A stretch of DNA of 58,156 nucleotides, filler included, from Sluysia triapertura (taxonomy: Eukaryota), in the NCBI GenBank assembly GCA_046118255.1. It is 4 parts of 4 records of this genome, joined end to end, with 100 filler letters (N's around TTAATTAATTAA, not from the genome) between each part and the next. Parts side by side here need not be neighbours in the genome. Positions count along the whole stretch, not along the records: positions 42,414 to 58,156 come from JBJNIA010220467.1; 3 more parts are not named here. One strand, given 5' to 3'. Below the pieces are notes generated by a model. The model had not been told where the DNA came from, did not search any database, and saw only the letters and a program-made list of their open reading frames with translations. A program made the translations under genes and the position numbers. Shown here one piece after another: positions 52,725 to 58,156 of this stretch (positions within the stretch are counted from its first letter, which is position 1; each line of letters starts with the position of its first letter).

Positions 52725-53566
52725 TGAATAATTAAGTAATTAGGTTCATTTTAACGAACATCAGTAAAATCATTAAAAATCTTTTATTAATAGTTCAGTT
52801 TAGCAATCGATGCAAATTATATAAAGTTTTTAACGGTTTCGTTTCAATTAGAGATCGTAATAAAATCTAATATAAAATATACTAAATCAAAAATCACTTC
52901 TTTTCAGGATCTCTTTATGAAAGATCCTTGGTAAAATAGTGATACTAACAGTAAGAGTTAATAAGCTTTCTCATTTTAAAGTACATAATTAGAGTTCTTT
53001 TAAATTTCTCTTGCATAAAATTTACCGAGCATATACATGAAATAATTAATTTAATTTACACAAAAATCCAACGGTCTAGCCCTAATCGGTAAGTCTAGAT
53101 ACTTTGGTGAAATCATTTATTATTTACATTTATTTGTGTAAGGTAAATACACCTCACTTTTCTAATAAAAATTATTAATACAATATCATATGCATAAATT
53201 AATAATATAATTAAATATAAAAATATGAAAGTATTCAAAAGAATAATGTTATGAATTTCTTGAGCGTCACAAGTTTAAGATACAAGATATGTAAAAAATT
53301 ATTTAATTATTTCTAAACTTGTGATAAGAAGTGAATTTATTGAACTATATGTTCTAATAATGCTTTAATATTGTATAAATATAAATTGTTTGAGTCTAAA
53401 GATGATCTGTGGTCATTGTTGAATTGTTTAGAGTTAAAATGTTTATTGAATACCGTTGTGGATTGCTTGATTGTAAAGGTTCTGAGATAGAGAATGTATG
53501 AAGAGATAATAATTTAGATTCGCAAGTGCGTGCTGATTTTGTGATAAAGTCAGATGTTACTGTTAG

Positions 53567-53696
53567 ACTTCATAAAATGGACTGACCGGGATGAACTCGG
53601 GACCTCATGTTGCGCAGTTCTATCCACTAAGCTATCAGCCCCGTCTAACAATTGTTAGATTAATATAGTCAATTGTACTACATGGCACTTTAGGCC
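53567..53696 (-). repeat. Second tRNA-Ala-like copy (53578-53641)
   Basis: The minus strand reads GGGCTGATAGCTTAGTGGATAGAACTGCGCAACATGAGGTCCCGAGTTCATCCCGGTCAGTCCA. The 7-bp acceptor stem GGGCTGA/TCAGTCC and the same flanks as the 21011 copy are present. Confidence 0.7.
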
Positions 53697-54589
53697 TGTT
53701 GTGGTATTAAGTTAATACTATTTGTATTATGTTTTATTTTATGATTATATGAGATGGAAAAATCGGTTAACAAAATTAATTTACTTAGATTTATCATAAC
53801 TAGAGAAAATTCAAAATTAATATTATAATTATAATTTATTATGATTCTTGTTAATAAGGTAAACTCAAATTTATTAAATACTAGATAAACATAAAAATAA
53901 CGATTAAATTGATTTATTTTATTTAAATTTTCTTAAAAACAGTTATTTTGGATATAGTTTACATATTTCTTGAGTATATCTGGACGCAGTTATGATTGGA
54001 ATTCTAAAAAAATACAAATTGATTTATAACAGAATAAATTAAATTAAATTTCAAAATTACTTTAAAGTTTTTCTGGTTTGCCGGATGTTACTGCCTAGCA
54101 TTGATTCTGTCGTAGGGAGTATTGTGGTTATTTTTTGATAATTGTAAAATTTATAAAGTTTGGGTTTAATTGTTGATGAATTATTGTCATTATGAACGTT
54201 ATTATTAAATCTATTATTTAATTCATTACGAAATTTAACGTGAAATTCTAAATAATCATAATTACACATGTGGTGCTTAAGGCACTTAATTAACACATAT
54301 TTAAAATAATTACTATAACGTAAAAGCTCAATATGAATTTATTAAATATCCAAAAAATTGAAAATTTTATTCTCGATACACTATTAATTTTGTCAATAGG
54401 AAAAATCGATATATGACTCTGACTCGAATCACAACAATATCGATCAGGATAAGGTTTAAATGAAACGATGAGGTTCTGAATTTATGCCAATAAGTCGCCT
54501 CAGTTACAAACAACTTTCTAATTCCATGCTTACCAACTTGACATTCTAATGGCCGAACAAGTGTTTGAGATTCAGTCCAGGTTCGGTGA

Positions 54590-55400
54590 TGCTGAACTGT
54601 GAAAAAGTCTAACATTGTTAATGAATATAAAATTTAAATTAATTAACGGCATTTTGAATTTAAATAGTGAATATGTTTTTAGCTTTAAAATTTATCACAT
54701 TATTAACATATATAAGTTTTTTAATATTCTTAAAAGTCGTTACCAAAAGCAAAGAATTGATTCTGTAACACATTCAATATTAACATCATCCAATTTTAGA
54801 TACTCACTACGTTTGTTAATAACATTTAACATGACTAGTCTACTAGTCAACGGCATTTTGAACTTATACCGTTTAATCATGAATATATTTTTAGCTTTAA
54901 AAATCATCACATTATTAACATATGTAAGTCTTTCAAAAGAAAAGAATTGTATCTACATTTATCAATGACATCTAAAATGACTAGTCTGTCATTTATATAT
55001 TGAAAATTTTTAAACAATTCAATAAACTTAGTCTTGTTGTACCCTCTCTTTATTCCTTTTTTTATCTCATCTTTCGTCTGTAAATATCTCATAATAACAG
55101 CTTGACTCTTACTACTCGATAAGTAACCTTGTTAATCACTGTAAAATTTAAATTAGTTAACGGCATTTTAAATATAGGAGCGTCTGAATGAATTTTTAGA
55201 AGCAGCGAACCACGCTTGAAATCTGATGTACATCTTTGAGAATTTATATCGTTCGAAAATCCGCTAACTTTACTCGGAGTAGCATCTATAAAATAATTGT
55301 ATCCATGTGGACCATACTCGTCCGATGTAGCATTACATGATTCATGAATCCTAGGATAACTTGTTATTGTTTCAGTAACCAACGTTATATTCTTTACATC
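54590..55400 (-). pseudogene. Degenerate cadherin-like repeat region containing a ~205-bp tandem duplication
   Basis: Contains IHSDAPIFKMP..LNFTV and two copies of L(T/I)YVNNV..FKAKNIF. The DNA at 54641-54720 is duplicated at 54846-54932. Confidence 0.3.
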
Positions 55401-56589
55401 TACTTTGAACATTTTAAAATTTGTTATTATGGTTATCTTTATTAATGTGAGAGTATATATATGTACTACACACACGTATCTCATAACTATTGATCTCATC
55501 ATAGTCATCATCATCGTTACATATATGGTCATTATTGTCATCATCACTACATGCATAATCATCGTCATAATTGTCATCATTATCATCATATTCATTGTGA
55601 TCATCACTAATCGTAATTGTTATTATTATCATTACTACTACTACTACCATTTTTATAAGTAGTAGCAATTAATATTAAAAACAAATATAATTCTACATTT
55701 CTCTTTTGGCATTACTCTTTACAGCCATCTAGTGATCCTTCACCTCACTCCATAAATTGTTTCAATTGACATAAAACAAGTCTAATAACTTTTTACAAAA
55801 TTTATCAAACTTTATGATAAAGACAAATTTCGTTAATCATAAAACCAATTAGTATTAAAGAGATGTTGATGCCACTATTTTGATCTCACATAGTAAACCA
55901 TCATTTTGTTTTCTTGTTAATTTAATATTTAATAATATATAAATGATCTCTCGAAAATAAGATATGGTCTGAAACGTTTACGAATCAATCAAATTATATA
56001 AATAATGAGTATTGTACGAAGTAGTGACTTAGATAAATAATTATTTGTAAAGAATACCAAAAAGTAGAATTATACCAAATGTTCGTACATGGATAATCAA
56101 TACATACTGATTTTTTGTATTTAAACAAGAAAAATAAATTATCTATTTTCGAAGAGTCAGTTATTATAAATTGGAATAATTTTTGATTAATAATAATAGT
56201 AATAAAACAATATTAATAATAATCATAATAATTTTGAATTCTAAAATAACTATAATTGATATTTATGTAGAAAAATAATATTCTATGCACATGGAAAATT
56301 GGTTCAACAAGGAAAAAAATCGGGAGACACTAGAAAAAGGATAGTGCGTCATAATGATAATAAAAATGACAATGAATACTGAGTTTAATATTTTGGTTAA
56401 AATGTTGATAAAAAGAATTTTACTAGGCATTTGTGATTTTATAATAAGTAGTATAATGTGAATGATATGTGTAAAATTTGTTACGGTGTAATTTTTTGTG
56501 TTGAGGTTTATGTAGATGATTTATGTGATGTGTAGGTAGGTATGGGCTGGACCACCACAGTGAGTACTGAACCAATACCATCTCTAATT

Positions 56590-57476
56590 AATTTCATAAA
56601 CTTGATGACAGTATTTGCAATTTCTGCCATACCGGGAACATTCGCCATTCTGTGTAGTTCCACATAAGCAAATAGCATTCTTGTAGTATATGTCTTCATT
56701 AGCGTAGGCATGTGAACTTATATAGAAAGATTTGCTGCTTCCATAGAAGAATTTTGAACAGACAGGTCTTTATTTTAATTTGGAAATGTCTTTTAATATT
56801 GATTTTACTTTATCTGTCACGACACATTAATCGACATCTACTATATTTGTATTAACTAATTTGTAAAGAGCTGAACATATATTAATAGAAATTTCTTTAA
56901 CTTGATCATCTGCTGGCATACTTGATCTGTGAACAATTTTATTTTCATTTGCCATTTTACAATACAAGGAACAAAATTCATTCAAACTAAACTGTTTAGA
57001 CTGAGATGTAAAAAATCGTTCAATCAAAATTTTTGTACTGATGTTTTGTACTGTGAAACCTTACTTTCAAAATTCGAAAGGTTTGTAACTTTCGTTAGTC
57101 CTACATATAATTCATGAGACATCATAGTTAAAACTCTTTTTTTGTTTGCAATTAACTTCGGCTTAACCAATTTTATATTTACTAGATAATTATCGCGGTA
57201 TTTAACGTATTGCATTATACTACGTTGATCTTCAAATTTACCATCTTTTAATTGTTTAACATAAACAGAATAGAAAACATAACCAGTTTTAACATTATCT
57301 TTTTTATCGAAGTCCAGTACTGGATTTCTATCAACATATATAGATGGCATATACAATGGAAAACTGAATATTTTTTCTATAACTAATGCTGAAATGAAAC
57401 GATCATAATAAGATTGTAAATCAACCAATTTGCTAATAATTGTAACACTTTTACTGGACATTAATATCAGTATCAA
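56590..57476 (-). pseudogene. Degenerate Ty3/Gypsy-type gag-like frame
   Basis: Consecutive broken ORFs 57476-57024 and 57027-56827 contain ERFFTSQSKQFSLNEFCSLYCKMANE, resembling the gag ER.F...Q..ES..F...L..LA pattern. Downstream, CLCGTTQNGECSRYGRNCKYCHQ resembles a double zinc knuckle. Frameshifts and stops are present. Confidence 0.5.
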
Positions 57477-57559
57477 TAATGTTTGATAAACACGATAACT
57501 TTTTTAACTACAAAATTTTTATAATTGTGGAATGTAACATAAAAATTGTAACTACTTTT

Positions 57560-57759
57560 AATTTTTTGTTGTCTCTATTTATTAGACATCCAATCGAATA
57601 GATATAATTAAAACAATATGATAGACCTGATTGGATGTCCAGTGCATTTATAGTTATGTAAAATTGGTTAGGTTTGCCAGCATGAATGATCTCAATGAGT
57701 GTCTGTAATCGTAGACATGATATGAAAAAATGGTTGAATTAAATTGAATATCGATGACA
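57560..57759. mobile_element. Second, diverged partial copy of the 44038-44368 element
   Basis: Palindrome copies at 57580 and 57629 have the same 49-bp spacing and a similar spacer. The same gatgaca terminus follows ~130 bp later. Confidence 0.6.
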
Positions 57760-58156
57760 GACAAATAGCACAAAATAGTTAATAAAATAGTGACAATGAA
57801 ATGGTGATGATTATNNNNNNNNNNNNNNNNNNNNNNNNNNNNNNNNNNNNNNNNNNNNNNNNNNNNNNNNNNNNNNNNNNNNNNNNNNNNNNNNNNNNNN
57901 NNNNNNNNNNNNNNNNNNNNNNNNNNNNNNNNNNNNNNNNNNNNNNNNNNNNNNNNNNNNNNNNNNNNNNNNNNNNNNNNNNNNNNNNNNNNNNNNNNNN
58001 NNNNNNNAAATCTTTCTCAATGTACAAGATCTTTCTACTATTTTATTTTTCTATTTCTTAACATAATTGAAATTCTTTAACATAATGTCTTTAATAAATT
58101 GTTTTCTATTAGTTCTTTCTTGATTGAAATGTTTACAATGATTTGAGAGTGGTTTG

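Noticed and set aside
55405-55668. Ile-rich, Met-rich and Asp-rich overlapping ORFs
   Set aside because: They derive from a degenerate (CAT/TAT)n low-complexity tract.

Overview
This is very AT-rich eukaryotic (metazoan-type) genomic DNA with GT-AG introns that are mostly only about 30-39 nt long. The single-exon ORF track therefore misses the real genes. Three 100-nt N-gaps carry an artificial TTAATTAATTAA linker, so neighbouring blocks may not be truly adjacent. Two conserved genes were reconstructed by eye. The first is a complete spliced CLASRP/SFRS16 orthologue (+, 4384-15958). The second is the 5' part of Mediator subunit MED23 (-, 41417-38735, about 361 codons), whose remaining exons I could not find. 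The 3' part of an unidentified spliced gene lies at 32487-35235 (+). The rest is largely decayed mobile DNA: a deleted Tc1/mariner, piggyBac-type and other MITEs, two TG..CA-ended elements with long TIRs, Gypsy-gag, BEL/Pao integrase, Helitron and LINE relics, and two tRNA-Ala-like repeats. There are also apparent pseudogene fragments (insulin-receptor-like FnIII, GPCR-like, cadherin-like, CCCH zinc finger). I see no CRISPR array or prokaryote-type system, and no novel system is proven. The best leads are a repeat family with paired 16-bp palindromes (one copy heads a gag-like frame), the truncated MED23, and the tRNA-like repeat with a conserved upstream flank. All homology calls come from remembered motifs, not database searches.
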